From Candidatus Eiseniibacteriota bacterium (GTDB taxonomy: Bacteria; Eisenbacteria; RBG-16-71-46; CAVPCR01): 64,000 bases of DNA. Location: positions 672,001 to 736,000 of the forward strand of contig CAVPCR010000001.1 of assembly GCA_963702435.1 (NCBI GenBank), given 5' to 3'. Both the position numbers and the translations under genes were made by a program. This document shows positions 41,799 through 51,962 of the stretch, in pieces (the stretch's first letter is position 1; each line of letters starts with the position of its first letter). Below the pieces are notes generated by a model that had not been told where the DNA came from, did no database searches, and saw only the letters and a program-made list of their open reading frames with translations.

Positions 41799-42284
41799 AT
41801 GCAGTTCACGGTGGGCCAGCATATCGTTCACCCCCGGTACGGGGTGGGCATCGTCCGCCGGATCGAGACCGCGGAGCTCCTGGGCGGGACCTCTCGGTGC
41901 CTGAACATCCACTTCCCACGGCACAACACGCAGATCCTCGTCCCGGTCGAGAAAGCGGAGCAGCTCAACATGCGGGCGCCGATGGCGCCGGACGAGGTGT
42001 CGAAGATCATGGCGGCGCTCAAGCGGCGCGCACGCGCCCTGGGCCGGCTCCGCCCGCGCGAGCGGGTCAAGATCTTTCGCCCGATCATCGCCAACGGCAA
42101 GCCGTCGGATCTCGCGGCCGTCGTGCGGGACCTCGGTCGTCTCGGGCAGTCGAAGCGGCTGACCGACGAGGAGACCGAGATGCTCGAGACCGCCATGCGC
42201 ACGCTGGCCCGCGAGATCGGCCTGGCCCAGGACAAGGATCCGCTCCAGGTGCGGACCGAGATCGAGCATCTCCTCGAGCGCTAG
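41799..42284 (+). CDS. CarD/CdnL family transcription factor
   Basis: FTVGQHIVHPRYGVG...ILVPVEK...MR; C-terminal LAAVVRDL...E.EML..A...LAREI. Confidence 0.85.
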   Translation: MQFTVGQHIVHPRYGVGIVRRIETAELLGGTSRCLNIHFPRHNTQILVPVEKAEQLNMRAPMAPDEVSKIMAALKRRARALGRLRPRERVKIFRPIIANGKPSDLAAVVRDLGRLGQSKRLTDEETEMLETAMRTLAREIGLAQDKDPLQVRTEIEHLLER

Positions 42285-42473
42285 AGACACCCGGAGACCG
42301 AGACCGATCGAGTCTCCCCTCGGGATCACGGCACGTGACGGGCGGCGCGCGGGATACTCCGCGCGCCGCAGCCTTTTCCGCCGGTCCGGCCCGACCTTTT
42401 GGGTTGCGCAAGCGCCGCATTCGGCCGATCTTGGGGCACGGTGCGGCAGGGCGGGTCCCGCGCGCCGGAGACC

Positions 42474-43463
42474 ATGACCGACAGGGTGCTGATCACCGGA
42501 GCCACCGGTTTCCTCGGGCAGGAGGTCGCGCGGCGATTCGTCGCCGGCGGCGCCGCGGTGCGGGCGCTCGTTCGCCCGGCGACCGATGCCTCGGCTCTCA
42601 CGAGCCTCGGCATCGCGATCGTGCGCGGCGATCTCTGCGATACCTGGTCCCTCGACGACGCGACCGACGACATCGATCTCGTGCTTCACATGGCCGCCGT
42701 GCACCGCGGCGGCGCCCTTCGCCGCACCGACTTCTGGCAGGTCAACGCGGAGGGCACCAAGCGGCTCCTCGCCGCCGCCGTGAAGAGCCGCGTGCGCCGC
42801 TTCGTCTACGTCTCGACCGCCGGTGTGCTCGGGGACGTCGGCCCCGGCCGGCTCGGCACCGAGGACGACCCCGCGCGCCCCCGCGACCTCTACGAACTCA
42901 CCAAGTGGCGCGGCGAGCAGGCCGTGCGGCGCATCGCGCACACCGACGGCATCGAGGCGGTGATCCTCCGCCCGGCCGCTCTCTACGGGCCGGGCGAGAC
43001 GCGCTTCGCGAAGCTCTTCCGGCCGATCGCGCATCATCGCTTCGTGCTGATCGGATCCGGCCGCAAGCGGCTCCACTTCCTCCATCGCGATGACGCGGCG
43101 GACGGGATCCTGCGCGCGGCCCGGCTGGGGCCGGCGCGCGGCCAGACCTTCCTCCTCGCTGACAGCGCGCCGGTGAGCATTCTCGAACTCGTGCGCCTGG
43201 TTGCGCGCGCGCTCGAGGTCCCCCCGCCCACCGCGCGGGTGCCGTACGCGCCGGTCAAGGCGCTCGCGCTCCTGACCGAGGGGGTCTGCCGCCCGCTCGG
43301 CCTGTCCCCGCCGCTCTACCGGCGGCGGCTCGCCTTCTTCGACACCGAGCGCGCCTACTCGACCGAGAGGGCGCGGGCCGTGCTCGGCTTCGCGCCGCAG
43401 GTGGATCTCGAGCGGGGACTCTCCGAGCTCGCCGCCTGGTACCGGCACGAGAAGCTCCTGTGA
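42474..43463 (+). CDS. NAD-dependent epimerase/dehydratase
   Basis: VLITGATGFLG, YELTK (YxxxK), ILRPAALYGPG. Confidence 0.9.
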   Translation: MTDRVLITGATGFLGQEVARRFVAGGAAVRALVRPATDASALTSLGIAIVRGDLCDTWSLDDATDDIDLVLHMAAVHRGGALRRTDFWQVNAEGTKRLLAAAVKSRVRRFVYVSTAGVLGDVGPGRLGTEDDPARPRDLYELTKWRGEQAVRRIAHTDGIEAVILRPAALYGPGETRFAKLFRPIAHHRFVLIGSGRKRLHFLHRDDAADGILRAARLGPARGQTFLLADSAPVSILELVRLVARALEVPPPTARVPYAPVKALALLTEGVCRPLGLSPPLYRRRLAFFDTERAYSTERARAVLGFAPQVDLERGLSELAAWYRHEKLL

Positions 43464-43467
43464 ACGG

Positions 43468-44334
43468 ATGAACGGAGAGAATCGAGTGATGGATCAAGAA
43501 ACGATGCCGGCGGGCGGACAGAGCGCGGGAGCGCCCGGCGACGGCGGCGCGGCGCGCGGCCGGGGCTCGGACGTGAAGGTCCACGCCGCACTCGCCCGCG
43601 GCTCGAAGGTCGCCCAGTACCAGGACCTCGTGATCGGCCGGCGGGGATGGTGGCCGCTCCTCCGCTTCGAGCTCATCACATTCCTCGTCGGCCAGATGCC
43701 GGGAGCGCTCGGCATCGTCCTCCGCGGGAAGCTCTATCGGGCGTTCCTCGGCGGCGTCGGCCGCGGCGTCGTGTTCGGCGCCGGCGTCACCTTCCGCCAT
43801 CCGCACAAGATCCGGATCGGCGACGGCTGCGTGATCGACGACCACTGCCTCCTCGACGCCAAGGGGATGCACAACCGGGGCATCGTGCTCGAGGATCACG
43901 TCTTCCTCGGGCGGAACTCGATCCTCTCCTGCAAGGACGGCGACATCGTGCTCGAGCGGAACGTGAATTTCGGCTTCAACTGCGATGTCTTCTCCGCCAA
44001 CCGGGTCGTGATCGGCGCCGACACCGTGATCGCGGCCTACGTCTACATCCTGAGCGGGGGCACCTATCAGCTCGAGCGCACCGACATCCCGATCGCCGAG
44101 CAGTACGACCTCCGGGCGGCGCAGCCGACCGCGGTGGGCGCGGGTTCCTGGCTCGGCGCGGGGGTCACCATCCTCGAGGGCGTGACGATCGGGCGCGGGG
44201 CGGTGATCGGGGCGGGAGCGGTCGTCAATGACGACGTGCCCGATTTCGGGATCGCGGTCGGCACGCCGGCGCGCACGCTCAGGGTGCGGGGCGCCGCGGC
44301 GGAGAGCCCGGCCGGCCCCGCTAGCGCCAGCTAG
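43468..44334 (+). CDS. Hexapeptide-repeat acyltransferase
   Basis: IRIGDGCVID, WLGAGVTILEGVTIGRGAVIGAGAVV, AVGTPAR. Confidence 0.88.
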   Translation: MNGENRVMDQETMPAGGQSAGAPGDGGAARGRGSDVKVHAALARGSKVAQYQDLVIGRRGWWPLLRFELITFLVGQMPGALGIVLRGKLYRAFLGGVGRGVVFGAGVTFRHPHKIRIGDGCVIDDHCLLDAKGMHNRGIVLEDHVFLGRNSILSCKDGDIVLERNVNFGFNCDVFSANRVVIGADTVIAAYVYILSGGTYQLERTDIPIAEQYDLRAAQPTAVGAGSWLGAGVTILEGVTIGRGAVIGAGAVVNDDVPDFGIAVGTPARTLRVRGAAAESPAGPASAS

Positions 44335-44340
44335 CCGGCG

Positions 44341-45651
44341 CTAGCGGGGGCGCACGCGGATCGTGCGGGTCACGTGGTGGACCGCCGGATCCGCGAGCCA
44401 CGCATTCTCGGCGGCGAAGTGCGCGTGGATCGCGATGGTCCCGTCCGCGTTCCAGGCGCGCTCCGGTGCTTCGTACTGCGCCTCCACGACGAGCGGCGAG
44501 CTCGCGCTGAGAGGGCCGCTCCCCACCCCCTGCCCGATCACGAAGCGAGCCCCGGCGTCGAGCCGGAGAACGGCCCCCGACACATCCACGCCGGGGCCGA
44601 CGCTCGCCCGCGCCCGCACCGTGAAGCGGTCCCCCGCGCGCACTTCCGCCGGCGCCTGGATCGTGACGGAAACCGGGACCGTCGTGCGCTCGGCGGGATC
44701 CACGCAGCCCCGGTAGGCGCAGAGATCGAGGAGACGCGTGCGCGCCGCCTCGATCGGCGCGAGGCGCAGCCTCGACGTGCGGACCAGGAACGGCTTCCCG
44801 CCGATGACGCCCCCGAGGGTGCAATAGGGTCCGCCGGGCGCGGCTGACTCGAAGGCACCGGTCAGCGCCGGGAGATCGAGCGCGCGGAGATCACGGAAGA
44901 AGGTCGCGACGCACCCGGCGCAGAGCGTGCGCCGGAGGATGGGAGTTGGCCCCGCCCCCTCGGACCAGTCGGGTACGAGCCGCACACGCAGTTCACCGCC
45001 GGCGGTGACGGTCAGCTGCTGCGCCCAAGGTGCACCGCATTCAGCGACGAGAGCGATCCAGTCGTCGCCGGGAGGCACGGGCCTGGCGCCGGGCGCCAGC
45101 GTCTCGAGATCGCAGTCGGAGAGGTCCGGGCTTCCGACAACGGCTGTCCCCGTCGGACCGGGGCGGGCGAGATCCCAGACCGCCTCGCCATCCGCCAGGC
45201 ACAGATTCGGGGTGCCGACCCGCTCCCGCGCCACGACGAGCGCCCGCCACGGCCGTCGCTCGACCCTCGGACCCAGACTGGGCGGCTCGCCGAGGCGCGC
45301 GGCCTCGCCGCAGCTCCGATCCACCGCGACCGCGATCTCCTGGTCCTCGCCGGGCCTGACTTCGAGGCGGACCGGCACCTCGTCGCAGCTCCCGGTCACG
45401 AGCACGCGATAGACCCCGGTCTCGACCTCGGCGAAGCGGAAGCGCCCCGCCCGGTCGGTCACCGCGCGGTGCCCGGGTCCGAGCCGCACGGCGATCCCCG
45501 GAAGCACGGCCCCGCTGGCGCGATCGCGGAGGACGCCGGAGATCGCGGCCGCCGCTCCGGAGGCGGCGGCCGGGTCGCCGCTCCCGCCGAGCCCCTTCCC
45601 CATCGCCAGCACGAGCGCGAGTCCCGCCGCGCGAAACCAGGAAGACCGCAT
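44341..45651 (-). CDS. Secreted protein with carboxypeptidase-regulatory-like domain
   Basis: Signal-like N-terminus; ISGVLRDRASGAVLPGIAV...VTDRAGRFRF...GVYRV. Confidence 0.65.
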   Translation of the reverse strand: MRSSWFRAAGLALVLAMGKGLGGSGDPAAASGAAAAISGVLRDRASGAVLPGIAVRLGPGHRAVTDRAGRFRFAEVETGVYRVLVTGSCDEVPVRLEVRPGEDQEIAVAVDRSCGEAARLGEPPSLGPRVERRPWRALVVARERVGTPNLCLADGEAVWDLARPGPTGTAVVGSPDLSDCDLETLAPGARPVPPGDDWIALVAECGAPWAQQLTVTAGGELRVRLVPDWSEGAGPTPILRRTLCAGCVATFFRDLRALDLPALTGAFESAAPGGPYCTLGGVIGGKPFLVRTSRLRLAPIEAARTRLLDLCAYRGCVDPAERTTVPVSVTIQAPAEVRAGDRFTVRARASVGPGVDVSGAVLRLDAGARFVIGQGVGSGPLSASSPLVVEAQYEAPERAWNADGTIAIHAHFAAENAWLADPAVHHVTRTIRVRPR

Positions 45652-45734
45652 GCGCCCATGATACGATGCCCCCGCATGGGGAACCGACCTGCAACGACCG
45701 CCGCCCGCCGCGCGCAGCCGGAGATCGAGCGCTC

Positions 45735-47162
45735 ATGAACCAGATCGTGCGCGCCGGCCACGACGCACTCGGCCGCCTGCGCGAGAACCCCGCCTGGGTG
45801 TTCCTCTTCTTCGTCTCCTTCGCCGCCGGGCTCGTCCTCCTCGTCCCGGAGCAGGAGTTCGCCGCGCTCGCCATCCTCGCCATCGCCCCGCTCGTCTTCG
45901 TGCAGATGGCGATCATCCGGAACCTCTTCCTCGGGATCGCCATCTATCTCGTCTTCGTCTACCTGCAGCCTGGATTCCGCGTCCCCGCCATCAGGGCGAT
46001 CCGGCCGACCCTCCTCATCTCGGCGGCGCTGCTCGTGGCCTGGCTCCTGAACGTGATCCGCCACCGCGTACCCCTGATCATCAACTGGCAGGCCAAGGCC
46101 TACTTCATCTTCCTCGTCCTCGGCTTCTTCTCGCTCTTCACCGCCATCTCGAAGGGCATGGTGGTCGAGGTGTGGATCGACATCGCCAAGACCCTCGTCG
46201 TGTTCTGGGTGATGTTCTCGGTGGTGCGCACGCCGGCCGAGCTCTTCCGGACGACCTGGCTCTACGCGATCCTGCATGTGCTGCTCGCGGGCGCCGGATT
46301 CGCGCTCTTCGCCACCGGCGGCGCCCGCCGCTTCGGGGATCTCGGCGGCAGCTTTCTCGGCGACGAGAACGACGCCGCGATGGCGCTCGTCATCATGATC
46401 CCCTACATGTACTTCCTCCTGCCGATCACGCGCCGCAAACTCGCCCGCCTCGTGCTCTTCGCGGGCATGACCTTCGCCGGACTCACCGTGCTCTTCTCCT
46501 TCTCGCGGGGCGCGTTCGTCGGTTTCCTCGCCATGGTGTTCTTCATGTGGATGAAGACCGAGAAGAAGATCCGGGCGGGAGCGGTCATGCTCGTCATGAT
46601 CGTCGTCTTCTTCGCGGTGATGCCGCCCGAGTACTGGGAGCGCATCCGATCGGTCAGGGAGTACTCGACCGAAGGGTCCGCCCAGGGGCGCCTCGACGCC
46701 TGGAAGGGCGGCTTCCAGATGATGATCGACAGTCCGCTCTTCGGCTGCGGCCTCGGCAATTTCCAGCGCACCTACGGCACGCAGTACAACACCATCAGCA
46801 CGCGCTGGACCGCCGCGCACAGCATGTACGTGGAGTTCATCGGCCAGCTCGGTGCGCCCGGTCTCATCTTCCTCGTGTGCGTGATCGCCCTCACGATCCG
46901 CACCTTCCGCCGCGCGCGCGACCTGACCCGGTACGTGCACAGCGAAGACGCCGCCAGGGTCAGGCAGATCATGCTCGGCGCGGAGTGCGGGTTCTATACC
47001 TATCTCGTCGCCACCTTCTTCCTGAGCAGCATGGAGTACCCGCACCTCTGGCACTTCATGGCCATGTCGGGGATTGGTCTCACGGCGAGCCGCTTCGTGG
47101 CCGCCGCCGATAAGGAGACGCCACGGTTGCACGGGAAGCCGGGCGCCTCGGGACGGCCGTGA
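45735..47162 (+). CDS. O-antigen ligase/polymerase family membrane protein
   Basis: Many TM helices; GDENDAAM, SFSRGAFVG, SAQGRLDAW, PLFGCGLGNF, AHSMY. Confidence 0.88.
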   Translation: MNQIVRAGHDALGRLRENPAWVFLFFVSFAAGLVLLVPEQEFAALAILAIAPLVFVQMAIIRNLFLGIAIYLVFVYLQPGFRVPAIRAIRPTLLISAALLVAWLLNVIRHRVPLIINWQAKAYFIFLVLGFFSLFTAISKGMVVEVWIDIAKTLVVFWVMFSVVRTPAELFRTTWLYAILHVLLAGAGFALFATGGARRFGDLGGSFLGDENDAAMALVIMIPYMYFLLPITRRKLARLVLFAGMTFAGLTVLFSFSRGAFVGFLAMVFFMWMKTEKKIRAGAVMLVMIVVFFAVMPPEYWERIRSVREYSTEGSAQGRLDAWKGGFQMMIDSPLFGCGLGNFQRTYGTQYNTISTRWTAAHSMYVEFIGQLGAPGLIFLVCVIALTIRTFRRARDLTRYVHSEDAARVRQIMLGAECGFYTYLVATFFLSSMEYPHLWHFMAMSGIGLTASRFVAAADKETPRLHGKPGASGRP

Positions 47163-47899
47163 GCGGCGGCATCCCCGCAGACCGCGGGCCCGCCCGCCCG
47201 GCACCCGTTCCCGCGCCGGCCGCCCCCGTGCCGCTCCGGCACGCCGCCTGGATCGAGGGTCCGGCCGGCCCGCTCGAGGCGCTGTGCGATCGGCCGGCGG
47301 TCGATTGCATGACGCACGCGGCGCTCCTCTGCCATCCGCACCCGCAGCACGGCGGGACCATGCACTCGAAGGTGGTCTATCGCGCGGCCCGCGCCGCGCG
47401 CGGGGTGGGACTGCCGGCGCTTCGCTTCAACTTCCGCGGCGCGGGGCGGAGCGCCGGGACCTTCGACGAGGGACGCGGCGAGGCCGGCGATGTGCGGGCC
47501 GCCCTCGACCGGCTCGCCGCCGCCTATCCCGGGCGGCAGCTCGTAGCGGGCGGCTTCTCCTTCGGCGCGTGGCTGGCCGTCCTTGTCGGCGCGGGCGATC
47601 CGCGGGTCGCGGCCCTCGTCTCGATCGGCACGCCGGTCGCGGTGTACGGGGCGGCCCATCTCGCCGGCGTCGCGAAGCCGATCCTCTTCGTGCACGGCAG
47701 CGCAGATCCCTTCGGCGCGATCGCCGAGATCGAGACGATCGCGGCGGGGCTCCCTGCCGCTCGCGTCGCCCGCGTGCCCGGAGCGGGACACCTGTTCAGC
47801 GGACAGGAGGGAACGGTGGCGGCCGCGGTCGAGGACTTTCTGCGAGAGATCGTCGTGCCCGCCGGGATCGGGCCGCAAGGAGGTTCCCATGAAGGATAA
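47159..47899 (+). CDS. Alpha/beta hydrolase
   Basis: [39 protein letters not shown]. Confidence 0.9.
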   Translation: MSGGIPADRGPARPAPVPAPAAPVPLRHAAWIEGPAGPLEALCDRPAVDCMTHAALLCHPHPQHGGTMHSKVVYRAARAARGVGLPALRFNFRGAGRSAGTFDEGRGEAGDVRAALDRLAAAYPGRQLVAGGFSFGAWLAVLVGAGDPRVAALVSIGTPVAVYGAAHLAGVAKPILFVHGSADPFGAIAEIETIAAGLPAARVARVPGAGHLFSGQEGTVAAAVEDFLREIVVPAGIGPQGGSHEG

Positions 47900-48446
47900 G
47901 AGCACGCCCGCCCATCCCTGGGGCGAGCCGGCCCTGCGCGTGACCCTCATGCCGCGCGACACGAACGCGTGGGGCACCATCTTCGGCGGTGTCATCCTGA
48001 GCTACATCGACCTCGCGGGCGGGGTCGAGGTCCACAAGCAGTGGAATCACAACTTCGTCACGGTCGCCATGCGCGAGGTCGTGTTCCACGAGCCGGTCTA
48101 CGTGGGCGACCTGGTGAGCTTCTATACGCGCACGGTGGCCGTCGGCCGCACTTCGGTCACGGTCGACATCGTCGTCGAGGCCAGGCGCGCGCTCGAGGGC
48201 TGGCGCGCGGTGAAGGTGACCGAGGCGGAAGCGGTCTACGTGGCCGTGGACGAGAAGCGGCGACCGACGCCCCTCCGGCCCGAAGGCGGGCCGGGGGCGA
48301 GAGGGCCGGGGGCGAGAGGGCCGTCGGACGAGGGCGCAGCGGAAGTCACGGCGACAAGGCCGAAACGCGCGGCGCGGCGCGGACGAGGGTCGGCCGGCTC
48401 GACCCCCCGGGGCGCCGGCCGGCGCCCGGGGGGCGGCCGGGGCTAG
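47889..48446 (+). CDS. Acyl-CoA thioesterase (YciA-like hotdog fold)
   Basis: [25 protein letters not shown]...FHEPVYVGD...GRTS...YVAVD. Confidence 0.9.
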   Translation: MKDKSTPAHPWGEPALRVTLMPRDTNAWGTIFGGVILSYIDLAGGVEVHKQWNHNFVTVAMREVVFHEPVYVGDLVSFYTRTVAVGRTSVTVDIVVEARRALEGWRAVKVTEAEAVYVAVDEKRRPTPLRPEGGPGARGPGARGPSDEGAAEVTATRPKRAARRGRGSAGSTPRGAGRRPGGGRG

Positions 48447-48891
48447 GCGTCTGTTGAAGACCCCTCCTCGCCGGCGATCCCGTGGGATCGCCGGTCACGC
48501 CGCCGGAAACCGGCGGCCCGGTCCGGTGTATTCATGCCTATTCGAAGGGCCCATTCGGCGGAACCAGCCCTCGGGGCCGATCGACCGTCCACTGCCCCCC
48601 AACCTGGCCGGCGGATCCACTCCGGCGGGGTCGGGAAGCCGCCACCGGCATCGGCTCAATGCCGGCGGCGAGGACCGACCGATCGCCGAGAGCGCGTCCG
48701 GCGGGGTTGCTTCGGCCCGTGGGGTGTGATGCGACGTCCATGCCGCGCGAGAAGTCCTCGCACGGTACGGAATCTGACGCTATCCAGGGATGGGCGGATC
48801 CGCTCCGCGGCAGTATGGGGGCGCCGGCAGCGATGAGCTGCCGGCGCTTTTCATGAGCCCGCAGGTCCCCTCGTCCCTGCTCGGAGATCCC

Positions 48892-49605
48892 ATGCGGAAC
48901 GACCCGCGCGCCGATCGCGTGCTCGAGCGCACGCGATCGGCGTTCGACCAGGCGGTGACCGCCGCCCGCGCGGATCGGGAACCGCGCACCCGGGCCGTCC
49001 TCGAGGCCACCAAGTGGTTCGAGCCCACGGATCGCGACGCGCGCCACGACACGGTGCTCGATGTGCTCGCGCAGTGGAACGCCCGCTCGGTGCTCGAGGT
49101 GGGCGCCGGGGCCGGCGACTTCTACGCGCGGCTCAAGCGCCGCCTCCCCGCCGCCCGGGCCTACACCGGGGTGGATCTCTCTCCGCGCATGGTCGAGGTG
49201 GCGCGCCGGCGCTTCGCCGGCAGCGACTTCCGCTGCGCCGATGTCCTCACCTGGCCGGCCGCCCCGGTCGCCGACGCCGTGGTCGCGATCGGCGTCTTCG
49301 CGCTCCTCGTCGACGACGCCCCGGCCCACTGGCGGCTCATGCGGCGCCTCGTCCGGAAGATGCTCGCTCTCTCGAGGATCGGCGTCGTCTTCGACTTCTA
49401 CGACTTCTTCACCGACGACGAGGCCCGCGCGCCGGCCCGCTACTTCGCGGCAGAGAAGGGCCGCACCGACGACACTCCGATCTTCTGCGTCCACCCGCGC
49501 CGCGTGCGGGAGTTCGCGGCGACGCTGGGCCCGGTCGCGCTCATGCGCATCCACGAGGTGGAGGGCCGGGTGTGGCGCTGCGTGCTGCGGCGGCCGCCCG
49601 GCTGA
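48892..49605 (+). CDS. Class I SAM-dependent methyltransferase
   Basis: VLEVGAGAGD, YTGVDLSPRMV; start uncertain (48853 or 48892). Confidence 0.85.
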   Translation: MRNDPRADRVLERTRSAFDQAVTAARADREPRTRAVLEATKWFEPTDRDARHDTVLDVLAQWNARSVLEVGAGAGDFYARLKRRLPAARAYTGVDLSPRMVEVARRRFAGSDFRCADVLTWPAAPVADAVVAIGVFALLVDDAPAHWRLMRRLVRKMLALSRIGVVFDFYDFFTDDEARAPARYFAAEKGRTDDTPIFCVHPRRVREFAATLGPVALMRIHEVEGRVWRCVLRRPPG

Positions 49606-49671
49606 TCGGGGGCGGGCGACCGCGGCGGCAGGCGTGACGGCGTCAGGTGCGGCGGCGGCAGGCGCGCGCCG

Positions 49672-50439
49672 CTAGGCGCCCATGATCGAGTAGCCGGCGT
49701 CCACGTGCACGATCTCGCCGGTCACGCCGCGCCCGAGATCGCTCATCAGGAAGAGCGCGGCGGCGCCCACCTCGTCGATGTCGACGTTTCGCCGGAGCGG
49801 CGACTGCGCGCCGTGGTACTTGAGGAAGCTCGAGAAATCGGCCACCCCGGTCGCCGAGAGGGTCTTCACCGGCCCCGCCGAGATGGCGTTCACGCGCACG
49901 CCCTGGGGGCCGAGATCGTTGGCGAGATAGCGGACGCTCGCCTCGAGCGCGGCCTTGGCCACCCCCATCACGTTGTAGTTGGGAACGACGCGCTCCGCGC
50001 CCATGTAGGTGAGGGTGAGCACGGCGCCGCCCGGGCGGAGGATCGGTTGCGCCAGCCGGCAGAGCGCGGTGAGCGAGTAGACGCTGATCTCGATCGCCTG
50101 CAAGAAAGCGTCGCGCTTGACGGCGAGGTAAGGCCCCTGGAGCGCGGTCTTGTCGGCGTAAGCGACCGCGTGCACGAGGAGGTCGAGCCCGCCGAAGACC
50201 TTGCCCGCCTGCTCGATCGTGCGCGCCACCGCAGCCTCGTCCGTCACATCGCAGGACTCGATGAGTGGCGAAGCGAGCCGCTCGGCGAGCGGCCGCACGC
50301 GCTTCTCGAAGGGCTCGCCCTGGTAGGTGAAGCCGAGCGTGGCGCCGGCCCCGGCGAGCGCCTGCGCGATGCCCCAGGCGAGGCTGCGCTCGTTGGCGAC
50401 GCCGACCACGAGTCCGCTCTTGCCGGCGAGAAGATCCAT
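49672..50439 (-). CDS. fabI: Enoyl-ACP reductase FabI
   Basis: GVANERSLAWGIA, YNVMGVAKAALE, RVNAISAGPVKT, TGEIVHVDAG. Confidence 0.95.
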   Translation of the reverse strand: MDLLAGKSGLVVGVANERSLAWGIAQALAGAGATLGFTYQGEPFEKRVRPLAERLASPLIESCDVTDEAAVARTIEQAGKVFGGLDLLVHAVAYADKTALQGPYLAVKRDAFLQAIEISVYSLTALCRLAQPILRPGGAVLTLTYMGAERVVPNYNVMGVAKAALEASVRYLANDLGPQGVRVNAISAGPVKTLSATGVADFSSFLKYHGAQSPLRRNVDIDEVGAAALFLMSDLGRGVTGEIVHVDAGYSIMGA

Positions 50440-50523
50440 GAGCCGATCCGTATAGCACGCCGGGGCGGGGCGGAGCAAGCCGCGAGCCGCCGCAAGAGAC
50501 CGCGCCCGGCGCGAAAACCTGCC

Positions 50524-51876
50524 CTACACGACCTCGGGCTCGGCCGGCCGCTCCTCTTCGCGCTGGCGTGCCGCGATGTGCTCCTCGATCCGCCCCGCGA
50601 GCGAGCGCTGCGCCAGCACCCAGACGAGACCGGGCGCGAGGAAGGCGACCCCCAGGAAGCGCGCGAGCGCGCGCGGATCGGCGCCCGCGTCGATGGCCCT
50701 CCCGGTCAGGAAGCTCGAGACTGACATCGAGAGCGTGACCAGGGCCCACTCGGCGGCGAACACGCGCCCGCGAAAGCGATCGGGCACCGCGAGCTGGAGG
50801 AGCGTCGTCGAGAACACCCAGAGGATCGAGCCGCCGGTGTGCGCTCCGAGGAGCGCGACGACGGCGATCCCGAGGCCGCCCGCGTAGCTGAACGCGATGT
50901 AGAAGAGGCCGGCGAAGGCGAAGCCGAGCGCGATCGCCTGCCGCATCGCGCGCGGTGTCTCGCCACCCAGGCGCCGCGCGAGGAAGGGACCGATCGCCGA
51001 GCCGAGGCCGCGCGCAGCATAGAGGATACCGACCCCGGCCGCGCCGCCCGGCGTGAAGACCCGCTCCCCGAAGACGACGAGGAGGAGGAGCACGCCGCCG
51101 CCGAGCCCCCACCCGAGCTTGACCATGAGGAGCCAGCCGACGGCGGGGTGCGCCAGGATGTAGCGGGCGCCATCCACCAGATCGCTCCACCCGGTCAGGG
51201 AGGCGATCGTGACCGGCCCCGCCGGCGGCCGCGCGCGGGCCGGGATCGCCACCCGCCGCACCATCGCCGCCGAGAAGAGGAAGGTCACGGCGTCGATCGC
51301 GAAGGCCGCGTTCCGGCCGGCGAGTTCGGTGACGAGGCCGCCGGCGGCGGCGCCGAGTGCGAGCATCACCGCCCAGCTCGCTCCGCCGAGCGCGTTCGCG
51401 GCGAGGAGCTCGGCACGGGTCGTGATGGTGGGTACGGCGGCGTCGCGCGCCGGCTGGAAGAAGGCGGAGAAGGAGAGCTGGGCGGCGGTGAGCGCGTACA
51501 CGATCCACAGGTGCTCGGGGCGGCGCACGAAGATGAAACCGAGGACGACGAAGGCGCGGAGGAGATCGGCCGCGATCATGATCTTCCGGCGCGACAGGCG
51601 ATCGGCGAGGACGCCGGCGGCGGCGCTGAAGACGAAGGTCGGGATGAAGCGGGAGATGAGAACCCAGGCCAGGGCCCGGCCGGAGCCGCCGGTCAGCTCG
51701 TTCGTGAGATCGTAGACGGCGAGCGTGTTGAACCAGTCGCCGAGGAAGCTCACGAGCTGGGCGAACCACAGGTAGCGAAAGTTCCGGTTCCGGCGGAGGA
51801 GCTCGCGGATCGTGATCTGGCGGGTCACCGATCGCTCGTCAGGTCTCGGGGTGGTCGGCCGCCGGTTCGGCGGCAT
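50524..51876 (-). CDS. MFS transporter (macrolide-efflux/DHA3-like)
   Basis: NFRYLWFAQLVSFLGDW, GVLADRLSRRKIM, FFQPA, VPDRFRGRV. Confidence 0.9.
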   Translation of the reverse strand: MPPNRRPTTPRPDERSVTRQITIRELLRRNRNFRYLWFAQLVSFLGDWFNTLAVYDLTNELTGGSGRALAWVLISRFIPTFVFSAAAGVLADRLSRRKIMIAADLLRAFVVLGFIFVRRPEHLWIVYALTAAQLSFSAFFQPARDAAVPTITTRAELLAANALGGASWAVMLALGAAAGGLVTELAGRNAAFAIDAVTFLFSAAMVRRVAIPARARPPAGPVTIASLTGWSDLVDGARYILAHPAVGWLLMVKLGWGLGGGVLLLLVVFGERVFTPGGAAGVGILYAARGLGSAIGPFLARRLGGETPRAMRQAIALGFAFAGLFYIAFSYAGGLGIAVVALLGAHTGGSILWVFSTTLLQLAVPDRFRGRVFAAEWALVTLSMSVSSFLTGRAIDAGADPRALARFLGVAFLAPGLVWVLAQRSLAGRIEEHIAARQREEERPAEPEVV

Positions 51877-51962
51877 CGGGCGCGGAGCCTAGCATGCAGC
51901 TCGCGGCCCCGCGAGCGGCAGGGTAGGATAGGCGCGCGCAGGAGAGGCATGAGGAGCAGCCG

